Source: Candidatus Sumerlaeota bacterium
GTDB taxonomy: Bacteria > Sumerlaeota > Sumerlaeia > MWCT01 > JAUWMI01
Assembly (NCBI GenBank): GCA_030613245.1
Contig: JAUWMI010000008.1
Span: 27,831 to 91,830 of the forward strand
Length of the DNA: 64,000 nucleotides
Direction of reading: 5' to 3'
The notes under the pieces are model-generated. The model worked only from the letters and a program-made list of their open reading frames with translations, was not told the DNA's origin and made no database searches. The position numbers were made by a program, and so were the translations under genes. Position 1 is the first letter of the stretch; every line of letters starts with the position of its first letter. Of the stretch, positions 8,817-17,884 are shown in pieces.

Positions 8817-10655
8817 CTACTCGATATCAGATTGCGTAATACGTAGGACTTCAGGAATCGTTGTAATCCCCAGGAGCACCTTCTGCCAGCCGTCCATCCG
8901 GAGAGTTTGCATTCCTTTGCCAACCGCGTAGGCCTTTATTTTTGTGGCAGACTCTGCCCGAATAACCATTTGCCGGGTTGCCGAATCCATAATGAATATT
9001 TCATGGATCGCAGTTCGGCCGCGGTAGCCGGTTCCGTTGCAGCGGTCGCAGCCACTGCCTTGAAAGAACTCGCGATCGCGATATTTCTCAGGATTATAGC
9101 CTATCTCTAGGATCTCTTCTGGGTGTGGGGTGTACGGCTTTTTGCAATGAGTACAAGTACGACGTATGAGGCGTTGGGCAATTACGGCCTGGATGCTAGA
9201 GGCTACCAGGAATGGCTTTATCCCCATATCCATGAGGCGGATCGTTGCACTCGCCGCATCATTCGTATGCAACGTGCTAAAGACCAGGTGGCCAGTCAAC
9301 GCTGCCCGGATGCCAATCTCAGCGGTTTCCAGGTCACGAATTTCGCCCACAAGGATAACGTCCGGCGATTGCCGCAGCATGCTGCGAAGCCCTTTGGTAA
9401 AGTCCAGCCCAATATCCTCGTTCACCTGCATCTGGTTGATGCCTTCAATCTGATACTCGACCGGATTCTCAATGGTTATGATTTTCGTCTCTGGATTGTT
9501 GATTGTACTCAGGGCCGAATACAGCGTAGTGGTTTTGCCGCTTCCAGTTGGACCAGTCATCAAAATAATACCGTTTGGCGTCTTGATCAACTCGCGAAAG
9601 ATCTTAATGTTATCCGGGAGAAACCCGACGTCCTCAAGGCCCATAATAACGGTGGTTTGATCCAAGATACGCATGACAATACTCTCACCATAGATCGCCG
9701 GGAGCGATGAGACACGCAGGTCTAACTTCTTATCCGGCATATTGAGCTTGATCCGGCCGTCTTGTGGGACACGCTTCTCCGCCAGATCGAGCCCGGCGAG
9801 CACCTTCAAGCGCGAGATAATGGCATTCTGCCAGCGCTTCGGAGGGGACGGAACTTCGTGTAGCATGCCGTCAACCCGGAACCGGATCACCACGCCATGG
9901 CGGGCAGGCTCAACGTGAATGTCACTGGCCCGGTCGTGCACCGCCTGCTTAAAAATCAAATCTACGAATTTAACCACTGGCGGCTGCTCAGCTTCCGAGA
10001 CATTCAGGTCAACCTCTTCATAGTCCTTATAGGGGCTCATCTCCTGATCAGCCTGATCGGTAAAACCTTCGTATAGCTCCGCCACCTCGTTGCCTTCATA
10101 GTAGCGCTTAATAGCCTTCTGGATATCTTCGTCTGACGCCACAACTCCGATGACCTTTTTGCCAAGAATCTTCTCCAGATCGTCCGTAGTCTGGATATTC
10201 AGAGGATCTGACAGAGCTACATGAATAGACTCATCGTCATAGCGAACGGGGAAAACCTGGTATTTCTGGGCGGTTTTTGAGTCAATCTGTTGTACTAGCT
10301 CCGGCGTAACCCGTAAATCCTGGAAGGAGATTTTCTCCATGCCCATCTCTTGCGCCAAGGCATCAAGAATATCAGATTCCCGGACAAGCCCCTGGGAGAT
10401 TAGACTTCGCTTCAAGCTCTGTGCACTCTCATCGCTATTGCGCACGACGTCGCTGATCATTTCTTCATTGATAAGACCTGCCTCTTCAAGAATAAGCCCT
10501 AGGGTGGGAGTGCTACTCTTGTACTTCTTGGCGAGTGTCCGCTTGTCGAAGAATGCTTTCTCTTCCTCGGTCGGTTTGCGAACCGGCTTCTTTGCTCTTT
10601 CCCGCTCGCCAATTTTAGGATTATCTTTTCTATCTGTTCCGGCCATGTCGCTCAC
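8817..10655 (-). CDS. pilB: PilB-like type IV pilus assembly ATPase with N-terminal MshEN-like domain
   Basis: 612 aa. Walker A GPTGSGKTTT. CTHCKKPY...CDRCNGTGY zinc module. N-terminus contains two 24-residue motifs (TLGLILEEAGLINEEMISDVVRNS; SLKRSLISQGLVRESDILDALAQE) separated by 5 residues, resembling the c-di-GMP-binding MshEN tandem motif. Confidence 0.85.
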   Translation of the reverse strand: MSDMAGTDRKDNPKIGERERAKKPVRKPTEEEKAFFDKRTLAKKYKSSTPTLGLILEEAGLINEEMISDVVRNSDESAQSLKRSLISQGLVRESDILDALAQEMGMEKISFQDLRVTPELVQQIDSKTAQKYQVFPVRYDDESIHVALSDPLNIQTTDDLEKILGKKVIGVVASDEDIQKAIKRYYEGNEVAELYEGFTDQADQEMSPYKDYEEVDLNVSEAEQPPVVKFVDLIFKQAVHDRASDIHVEPARHGVVIRFRVDGMLHEVPSPPKRWQNAIISRLKVLAGLDLAEKRVPQDGRIKLNMPDKKLDLRVSSLPAIYGESIVMRILDQTTVIMGLEDVGFLPDNIKIFRELIKTPNGIILMTGPTGSGKTTTLYSALSTINNPETKIITIENPVEYQIEGINQMQVNEDIGLDFTKGLRSMLRQSPDVILVGEIRDLETAEIGIRAALTGHLVFSTLHTNDAASATIRLMDMGIKPFLVASSIQAVIAQRLIRRTCTHCKKPYTPHPEEILEIGYNPEKYRDREFFQGSGCDRCNGTGYRGRTAIHEIFIMDSATRQMVIRAESATKIKAYAVGKGMQTLRMDGWQKVLLGITTIPEVLRITQSDIE

Positions 10656-11008
10656 ACTTCCTTGTCACTAAAATTTTTTCTGTTTGGTGACCTGGATTTA
10701 CGACACGATGCTGGCGTTACTGAGATCATTACGCAAATTTCAGAATCGTCCCTGGTTGCCATCAATAAATACTGGCAAACCACGCCAAGAGTTAAAAGCA
10801 TTTTTGCTTCTTTTTCTCTTACTATGAACTACTAATTAGAATATAACTTTGAGCGTGTCCATGTCAACTATAAACTGTGGGTAACAGATACCATAAATCA
10901 GGTATGGCCTATTGAATATGCAGGACTTATTTTCTGCACTCTTCTGTGCCGTTCTCCTGCTCATCGGGAATCTGAGAGGATTACTGCAAGGCCCACCATT
11001 TTTTCTGT

Positions 11009-12382
11009 TTACGAAGGGGAGCCGACCTTTGATATCTGTCGGTACGAGACCTGTTCGCGCCAGGCAAAGAACAACCCGATGAGGATAATGGGCACCATCT
11101 GGAGCGTATGGATAACAAGCGAGAAGCCGATTGCCGTAGACGGGTTCTCTTCAATATTCAGTACCCGCAGCGCGAACACACATCCAAACTCATACAGCCC
11201 CCAATAACCCGGGGCCGCCGGAATGAGTATTGCCACACAGATAATGATCGTAATGGCCATTGCCTGGGGAAATGTGATGCTCAACTCTTCGAATCCGTAC
11301 GCCATAATAACCAGAGAATACCCGACTATCCCCCAGACCACCAGCGAGTAGATGACAATGAATATGAGTGCCCGTATATTGCGCAGGGATGTTAGCCCTG
11401 TAGTGAACGAGTTAAAAATGTCCACCGTCTTTTCTTTGACTCTTGCGCTAACCAGTGGCAACCGCCGGATACCCACCTGAATGAGCTGGCGAATCGGATT
11501 AATCAGCAAAAGCAGGATAAGCACAAATGCAATGAGCATGATCATGGCGAATTGTTGGCTCAGGGTCTGCAAGGTCTCGCCATTGATGGTGTATACCTTG
11601 CCGATCGTATAGATTTTCTCGCTGCTAACCAGCGCTCCGCACCAGAGTGCAATCAATAATGCCAGGGTGATTAGACTTAGCCCTCCCAGGATTGCTGCCG
11701 GAATCATTGGACGCTGAGCCCGGCCACACGATTCCAACATCCGCAGCAGGCGACCTCTCACCCCCCGCTGGAATTCTGAATTCCGGCTCGTCAAGGTGGA
11801 TTGTAACCGCCTGCGAATAGGAGGGAAAAAACATCCCCCGCCCAGCACGAGAGTTAGAAAGAGGAGCCCAAGCACCACAGTCAACCCTAACTGTAGTGCC
11901 GAGCCTGAAATCATGTGCCGTGCATCCCACGGAGGGAGGTTGGCAGTTGAATCGAATATCGGTATAAACATCAAGATAACGGCAAACAGAAAGAGCATCG
12001 TCAGGCCATCAAAGATTCGTTCCAAAACAACCGTGGCAAATGCCGCGCTGAATGTCATCTTCTCTTTTTTACCGAGCACGTAGGCTCGGGCAAATTCGCC
12101 TGCGCGAGCCGGAAAGATACCGTTAAAGGCAAAACCAATCATTAGAGGGGAAAAGAGACGCGACGTCGGGATTTTATAGGATGGCAAGAGCAGGTAGTGC
12201 CAGCGCATGCTTCTAACATACATGCTGAGCAGCGTCACTACCACGAACGGGAGAGTCCACCAGTAGTTGATAGATGCAAGGGTGACCCACAGGGTTTTGA
12301 AATCAACGTTGCGAAATGCCAGCCAGAGAAAAAACGCGCTTATCAGGCAGCCGATAAAGAAATGAACCCATTGTTTTTTCAT
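11009..12382 (-). CDS. Multi-pass membrane protein, UPF0104 / lysylphosphatidylglycerol-synthase-TM-like (flippase-like) family
   Basis: 457 aa with about 8-10 hydrophobic segments. N-terminal MKKQWVHFFIGCLISAFFLWLAF. Resembles the TIGR00374-type flippase-like domain. Function not assignable. Confidence 0.5.
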   Translation of the reverse strand: MKKQWVHFFIGCLISAFFLWLAFRNVDFKTLWVTLASINYWWTLPFVVVTLLSMYVRSMRWHYLLLPSYKIPTSRLFSPLMIGFAFNGIFPARAGEFARAYVLGKKEKMTFSAAFATVVLERIFDGLTMLFLFAVILMFIPIFDSTANLPPWDARHMISGSALQLGLTVVLGLLFLTLVLGGGCFFPPIRRRLQSTLTSRNSEFQRGVRGRLLRMLESCGRAQRPMIPAAILGGLSLITLALLIALWCGALVSSEKIYTIGKVYTINGETLQTLSQQFAMIMLIAFVLILLLLINPIRQLIQVGIRRLPLVSARVKEKTVDIFNSFTTGLTSLRNIRALIFIVIYSLVVWGIVGYSLVIMAYGFEELSITFPQAMAITIIICVAILIPAAPGYWGLYEFGCVFALRVLNIEENPSTAIGFSLVIHTLQMVPIILIGLFFAWREQVSYRQISKVGSPS

Positions 12383-13638
12383 GATGCTTTCTTTCGCTGT
12401 TTCTTCTCTCGAAAATACGTGAGCTCAATCTCCTTTACCGCGCTGTTATAGATAATTAGGAGGGGAATCCCCGAGGAACGCGCCAGTGCTTCGCAGCTAC
12501 TATACTCCGGTGTGACGCGAATGAGCTCGTCGCCCCAGTACCCTTCTTTGACCTCGACTTTGCCGTGGTCAGTTCGAATCGAGGCCTGTTTCCTTCGGAG
12601 GCAATATCTATCCACCTCCCTCACCTTCACGCCGAATGTTGTCGTTTCGCGGATAATACAGTCAATCAGAGCGTGAAGGAGCTGGGCACTGCAGAGCACC
12701 TCCAGTGTGACACCCGGCCGATTTTTCTTCATCTGGATGGGCGTGAGATGCGCATCCAGACAACCCTTGGCAAAGAGCCGATCAAACAGGTAGGTGAAGA
12801 TCTCGGGATTACAATCGTCAATTTCCGTTGAGAGAATGTAGAGCCGCTCTTTCTGATACGCGTGATCCACTGGTGCGCCTTCTTCTTCTCCGATTATAAT
12901 GCGCAGGAAATTCGTCTTGCCTGGGAATTCCAGCGTGCCAGCCCCGTAGCCGATCCGAGTGCAGCGAAACTCAGGAAACGTACCGAATTGCTCGGCAAGG
13001 GTTGTGATGATCGCTGCGCCTGTAGGCGTCACCAGCTCAGCTTGGATGTCGCAGGGAACCAGGGGAACGTCTTTCAGCAATTCCATGGTCGCTGGTGCAG
13101 GCACCGGGTATTCGCCGTGATGAGATCTAGCTGTTCCTCCTCCTATTGGGAGGGCCGAGGCGTAAACGCGCTGAATCCCTAACATCTCAAGGCCAAGCAT
13201 GGTGCCTGTGATGTCCACAATGGCATCCGTACAACCCACTTCGTGAAAGGTGATGTTTTCAATGGACGACTGATGAACTTTTGCCTCGGCACGGGCAAGT
13301 TTCCGGAAGGCTTCCAAAGTGCGCTGTTTTGCTAACCGAGGGAGAGAGCTACGCTGGATCAGCTTAGTGATGTCGCGAAATTTTCGCTTCGGCTCACGCG
13401 CCTGGCGTACGACCACATCCACTTTAGTGGCAGAAACCCCGCAGCGTGTTATCCGCCGCGTCCGCAGGGTATATCCAGGAAGATGGAGAACCCCCAGGGC
13501 TTTCCTCAGTGCTGTGAGCTTTAGGCCTAGATCAACCAGAGCACCCAGCGTCATATCGCCACTTATGCCACTGTAACAATCGAAATATGCAATCGTCACG
13601 AATTTTTCATCCTCGGGACAATCTGGTTTCCAGACCAA
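12379..13638 (-). CDS. larC: LarC-family nickel-pincer cofactor biosynthesis (nickel insertion) protein
   Basis: 419 aa. N-terminal IAYFDCYSGISGDMTLGALVDLG is the hallmark of DUF111/LarC. Confidence 0.75.
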   Translation of the reverse strand: MVWKPDCPEDEKFVTIAYFDCYSGISGDMTLGALVDLGLKLTALRKALGVLHLPGYTLRTRRITRCGVSATKVDVVVRQAREPKRKFRDITKLIQRSSLPRLAKQRTLEAFRKLARAEAKVHQSSIENITFHEVGCTDAIVDITGTMLGLEMLGIQRVYASALPIGGGTARSHHGEYPVPAPATMELLKDVPLVPCDIQAELVTPTGAAIITTLAEQFGTFPEFRCTRIGYGAGTLEFPGKTNFLRIIIGEEEGAPVDHAYQKERLYILSTEIDDCNPEIFTYLFDRLFAKGCLDAHLTPIQMKKNRPGVTLEVLCSAQLLHALIDCIIRETTTFGVKVREVDRYCLRRKQASIRTDHGKVEVKEGYWGDELIRVTPEYSSCEALARSSGIPLLIIYNSAVKEIELTYFREKKQRKKAS

Positions 13639-13793
13639 AATACGTTGCGAGAAACGTATGCACCCTAGGGTTTTCCCCTCACGAAATCAACGAAATTATT
13701 CCAGCGGTTCAGGGCGAAAAATGACATCTGGTTTCTCAAGCGGACATTTGGCCTTATGAAGCGTGTGGCTTGAATTTCCCGCTCAGCTTTCGG

Positions 13794-14840
13794 CTAAGAA
13801 AAATGCTTGAATGTCTTATCACGAAGACGCCGCACTTTCCCTGATGCATCGAGAAAAACCACGCCTCGACCCTCAATGCTGCCGATCTGGCTGACAGGGG
13901 TTTTGATTCTATGGCGGCGAAAGAGCCGGGCGATTTTCTCCGGTGACGCACGTGTGGTGAACAGGAGCTCGTAATCTTCGCCACCAAACAGCACGTAGTT
14001 GAGGGCATCCTTGTTCACCGCATTGCAGAAGCGCCTCAACGTAGCAGAACAAGGCAATCGCTCTAGCTCTATTTGAATCCCCTTGCGACTCGCAGCAGCG
14101 AGCATATTGAGATCACTGTACACGCCGTCGCTTACGTCAATCATAGCAAGATCGTGAAAGTGCTGCGACAGAATCTCTCCTTCTCGAACACGCGGCGTTG
14201 GGCTGACGTGGCGCGCAATTAGCCGTGTAGCCGTGCGGCCAAGCCGTTTCCTAAGACGCCACGTTCCTCGGAGCAGCTCGAGCCCGGCTCCGGACTCCCC
14301 GGGAGATCCAGTGACATACACGTGTTGCCCCTTACGTGCCTTTGATCTGTAGGCTGGAGGCTGACCAGCTTTTAGCATTCCAACCACAATAACGTCCAGA
14401 ATCAGACATTTAGCTCTTACAGTGTCGCCGCCAATAATGCGGCAGCCGAATTTTTTCGCCTCTGCACGCAGGCCACGGTATATGGTCATAATGGTTTCTG
14501 TGCGGAAACCCAAGGGAAGCCCTACTGATACCAGCATGAACCGTGGTGCACCCCCTATTGCAGCAATGTCGCTAAAGTTAATTGCTGCTGCTTTTCGCCC
14601 CAAGGCAAACGGCGAGATGAAGGAAAGAGAGAAGTGAGTGTCTTCTATCATCATGTCCGCTGTAATGAGGATCCGTCGCGAAGATGTTCCTGTCAGTTTA
14701 ACCACAGCCGTATCGTCGCCAATGCCACATTCAACAGCCGCAGTGGTCTCGGGAAGCATTTGGCGAATCCGCCGGATGAGTCCAAATTCGCCAAGAGAAG
14801 CCATTGTTCCAGATAGGTGCCTGCTGCGCGTATTGCGCAT
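13794..14840 (-). CDS. thiL: Thiamine-monophosphate kinase
   Basis: LGEFGLIRRI near the N-terminus; AIR-synthase-related fold motifs (GDDTAV). AAGGAG Shine-Dalgarno 8 nt before the ATG at 14840. Confidence 0.8.
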   Translation of the reverse strand: MRNTRSRHLSGTMASLGEFGLIRRIRQMLPETTAAVECGIGDDTAVVKLTGTSSRRILITADMMIEDTHFSLSFISPFALGRKAAAINFSDIAAIGGAPRFMLVSVGLPLGFRTETIMTIYRGLRAEAKKFGCRIIGGDTVRAKCLILDVIVVGMLKAGQPPAYRSKARKGQHVYVTGSPGESGAGLELLRGTWRLRKRLGRTATRLIARHVSPTPRVREGEILSQHFHDLAMIDVSDGVYSDLNMLAAASRKGIQIELERLPCSATLRRFCNAVNKDALNYVLFGGEDYELLFTTRASPEKIARLFRRHRIKTPVSQIGSIEGRGVVFLDASGKVRRLRDKTFKHFS

Positions 14841-15042
14841 CCGTTAGTCTCCTTATAATCTACGTGTGGACGACTGTAGGGATATATGTATACACCAATG
14901 GGCTGAATGTAAATTCTTTTTCACCGGGAGGTCGGCACTGCCCAGCGACAATGGGGAATGCTCTGGGTAGTAGGCCAGGTATTGACAGTGAGGCAGACGC
15001 TTCACAACTGGGAGAAAAGTCTCTTGAGCAAAGCCATTGAGG

Positions 15043-16332
15043 CTAGTCGAGGAATTTCACTCCTGGCGACGCGGTTTTCATCGAACAGAGATCCCCACAC
15101 ATGGTACACACATCGCTGCTTTTGGGCAGACTTTCCGTGCGATACTGTTTCGGTCGCTTGGGATCCAGGGCGAGCGTAAACATCTTCTCCCAGTCGCGCT
15201 GTTCTCTCGCGCGCGACATGGCGTCGTCCCATTCGCGGGCACCAGGTAAATTCTTTTCAATATCGCCGATGTGGGCCGCAATCTTGCTGGTGATCACGCC
15301 CAGCCGAACGTCCTCAACTGTGGGCAGGCGCAAATGTTCTGATGGGGTCACAAAGCAGAGGAAATCTGCACCCTCGGCTGCCGCTATCGCCCCGCCAATT
15401 GCCGATACAATATGATCATAGCCAGGCGATACGTCGGTGACCAGGGGCCCCAGCACGTAGAACGGTGCACCTTTGCAAACCTTCTTCTCGATCTGAACGT
15501 TGGTTTTGATCTCACCAAGTGGAATGTGGCCTGGCCCTTCAATCATTACCTGCACACCAGCATCAATGGCGCGATCACGCAGCTCTCCCATAACGAGCAG
15601 CTCGTCAAGCTGAATATTGTCCGTGGCATCGTGGATACAACCCGGCCGCAGTCCGTCACCCAGGCTGAAGCTCACATCATACTCTCTAGCAATCTCTATA
15701 ATCTTGTCATAGGCAGTAAAAAAGGGATTTTCCTTTCTGTGTGTCTGCATCCAACGTACCAGGAACGAGCCGCCACGGCTAACGACGTTCATAATGCGAT
15801 CCCTGCGCTTCATTTTGCGCACCGCATTTAAGGTAAGTCCGCTATGAATGGTGATGAAATCAATCCCGTCCGCCGCGTGTTTCTCGATGGTAGCGAGAAT
15901 TATCCGCTCGGTCAGATCATCAATATTTTTTCCTGCGCGCAGAAGTTCCACCACCATCTGGTAAATTGGCACACTTCCTACCGGTACTGTTGAATGCTCA
16001 AGCATGATTTTTCGGATAGTATTAATTTCTCCGCCAGTGCTGAGATCCATCACCGTGTCGGCACCGGCTTCAATCGCCACACGCAGTTTTTCCAATTCCT
16101 CGTTCAGGTTGCACCGATCCTGCGACGTTCCGATATTCGCATTGACTTTGGTTCGGAGTGATGTGCCAATCCCAACGCAGCTGGATTTTTCATGGTTGCG
16201 ATTTCTCGGAATGATGACCTTTCCTTCTGCAATGAGATGGCGAAGCCGCTCGGAGTCAATCCCTTCTGCCTGACTCACGGCGCGCATCTCGTCTGTAATC
16301 TGTCCGCTTCGTGCCTTGTCGTATTGTGTCAT
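15043..16332 (-). CDS. thiC: Phosphomethylpyrimidine synthase
   Basis: 429 aa. Highly conserved ThiC blocks (NANIGTS, GADTVMDLSTGG, VPIYQ, C-terminal CTMCGDLCSMK). Overlaps thiE by 4 nt. Confidence 0.9.
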   Translation of the reverse strand: MTQYDKARSGQITDEMRAVSQAEGIDSERLRHLIAEGKVIIPRNRNHEKSSCVGIGTSLRTKVNANIGTSQDRCNLNEELEKLRVAIEAGADTVMDLSTGGEINTIRKIMLEHSTVPVGSVPIYQMVVELLRAGKNIDDLTERIILATIEKHAADGIDFITIHSGLTLNAVRKMKRRDRIMNVVSRGGSFLVRWMQTHRKENPFFTAYDKIIEIAREYDVSFSLGDGLRPGCIHDATDNIQLDELLVMGELRDRAIDAGVQVMIEGPGHIPLGEIKTNVQIEKKVCKGAPFYVLGPLVTDVSPGYDHIVSAIGGAIAAAEGADFLCFVTPSEHLRLPTVEDVRLGVITSKIAAHIGDIEKNLPGAREWDDAMSRAREQRDWEKMFTLALDPKRPKQYRTESLPKSSDVCTMCGDLCSMKTASPGVKFLD

Positions 16333-16976
16333 GCCTGTTCCTTTTTAACGCTTTCCATTTCTTCAATCAATTCGCGAGTTGCCAGAGTCAAGTCCTCAGC
16401 ACCCATCACAGCCGAAGCTATAGCCACGCACTCTGCGCCTGCCCTGACCACATCGCCAATATTATGTTTATCAATTCCCCCGATTGTCACGATTGGCAAC
16501 CGTGTCTGCGCCTCTGCCCAGCTAATCATCTCGGTTCCCAGGGGCTTATACGGAGACTTCTTTGTTTGCGTTGGGAAAATGGGGCCCAGTCCTATGTAGT
16601 CAACCGTCATGAACTGGGCACTCAAGACCTGCGTCTTGGTGTGCGTTGAAAGTCCAATAATCTTCTCCTCCCCAAGAATTTCACGAGCAATATCGGGCGG
16701 CATATCGGTCTGACCAAGATGTACACCGTCCGCATTGATTTCCTTGGCTAAATATGGATTATCGTTGACGATTAAAAGTGCACCGAATTCCGCAGCAATG
16801 CTTTTGAGTGTAGGCCCAACCTTTAGCAGATCCTCGAACGGCGTAGTTTTATCGCGCAGCTGAATGATTTTAGCCCCTCCAACCACTACGGCTTTGACAA
16901 TGTCAACGTATGAACGATTTCTGGCGAGCCGTTGATCAGTAATTACATAAAGCCCGCGCAGCTTATTCCGTACCAT
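16329..16976 (-). CDS. thiE: Thiamine-phosphate synthase
   Basis: LRGLYVITD start block. GAKIIQLRDK, DGVHLGQ motifs. ATG at 16974-16976 with GAGG 9 nt upstream; the ORF track's extension to 16991 uses a TTG. Confidence 0.85.
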   Translation of the reverse strand: MVRNKLRGLYVITDQRLARNRSYVDIVKAVVVGGAKIIQLRDKTTPFEDLLKVGPTLKSIAAEFGALLIVNDNPYLAKEINADGVHLGQTDMPPDIAREILGEEKIIGLSTHTKTQVLSAQFMTVDYIGLGPIFPTQTKKSPYKPLGTEMISWAEAQTRLPIVTIGGIDKHNIGDVVRAGAECVAIASAVMGAEDLTLATRELIEEMESVKKEQA

Positions 16977-17079
16977 GTTTACAATCCTCAATATAGCACA
17001 ATGGCATTGGCTTTGTGGGCAACAGCGCCACGCTCTGCGCTATACTTCTTGGCCTTGCTCAGGTGGTCCATCTCTGCTC

Positions 17080-17100
17080 CCATATGCACGACGCATATGG
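17080..17100. promoter_or_regulatory. Perfect 8-bp inverted repeat (CCATATGC-N5-GCATATGG) in the thiE upstream region
   Basis: Seen directly at 17080-17100, about 105 nt upstream of the thiE start. Not followed by a U-run, so an operator or processing hairpin is more likely than a terminator. Confidence 0.3.
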
Positions 17101-17120
17101 TGAGCTGGTAGCCGCCCGCA

Positions 17121-17609
17121 TCAATCCTCCAGATCGCGTGTCTCTATGTCGTAGCGTTGCAGCTCGTTAATTTCGCTTGTCAGCACAAGAATTTTCCCGT
17201 CAAGTTCCTTCTTGCGCTCATTAAGCTCATCCACGCGCCGCTGGGTTTCTGGGATCAACTCTGAGCGGATGCGCTCGCACTCAGTTTTGAGCTTATTCAG
17301 CGTTTTTTGCAACTCAACCGCCTGGCCGTCACGTACCCTGATCACTTGTTCTTTCAACTCACGAATCTTCTGACTCGTTTCGTTCCGCAGGTCGTTCATA
17401 GTTTGCTTGATCTGTTCGATTTCTGCTTCAGTTGCATTTAACTTGCGGAGCGAAAACGCATCAGTACTGTCGTGCGATACAAGGTTGAGATACTCATTCC
17501 GGCGTTCTTGCAGAGTGTCAAGTTGCCGTGTCAGCCCTTTCAACTCACTGTTTTTATCGAACTTATACTCATCAAGATTCCGCAGGATTTCCTCAATAGC
17601 CTGGTTCAT
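17121..17609 (-). CDS. Hypothetical coiled-coil protein
   Basis: 162 aa. Heptad-rich E/K/R/L/Q composition throughout. No recognisable enzymatic motif. Confidence 0.45.
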   Translation of the reverse strand: MNQAIEEILRNLDEYKFDKNSELKGLTRQLDTLQERRNEYLNLVSHDSTDAFSLRKLNATEAEIEQIKQTMNDLRNETSQKIRELKEQVIRVRDGQAVELQKTLNKLKTECERIRSELIPETQRRVDELNERKKELDGKILVLTSEINELQRYDIETRDLED

Positions 17610-17884
17610 TTGCAGGAGATTTCCGTTTCAGGATTAGAATGTGTCAGCAAGTTCTGAGATTCCTGGATTTTACCCGCGCGAAAAACGCTAAACATTTGCA
17701 AGTACGTTAATTATCAATGGTATAAAATAGGGTTGCCTCTAGTCCGAAGTCAAGGAATCTTTTGGCAACTTCCCCGCTTGGTGGGTAGATATGCTGCTCC
17801 GAAATGTAATAGCATGCTTTTCTGACAGAGAGATTGGAGATCTGGGTGCAGAAGATAGCAGAAAGGAGGATGACTGAACTGATT

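Noticed and set aside
10656-11008. Searched pilB upstream region for a sigma54 (-24/-12 GG-N10-GC) promoter
   Set aside because: A TGGCA at about 10778 lacks the correctly spaced TTGC. Nothing convincing on the minus strand.
16977-17884. Expected TPP (THI-box) riboswitch upstream of thiE/thiC
   Set aside because: Neither strand shows the conserved CUGAGA plus ACCUGAUCUGG...CCAGCGUAGGGA core in order. A CTGAGA at about 17655 on the plus strand is not followed by the rest of the motif and is on the wrong strand. Needs a cmsearch to be definitive.
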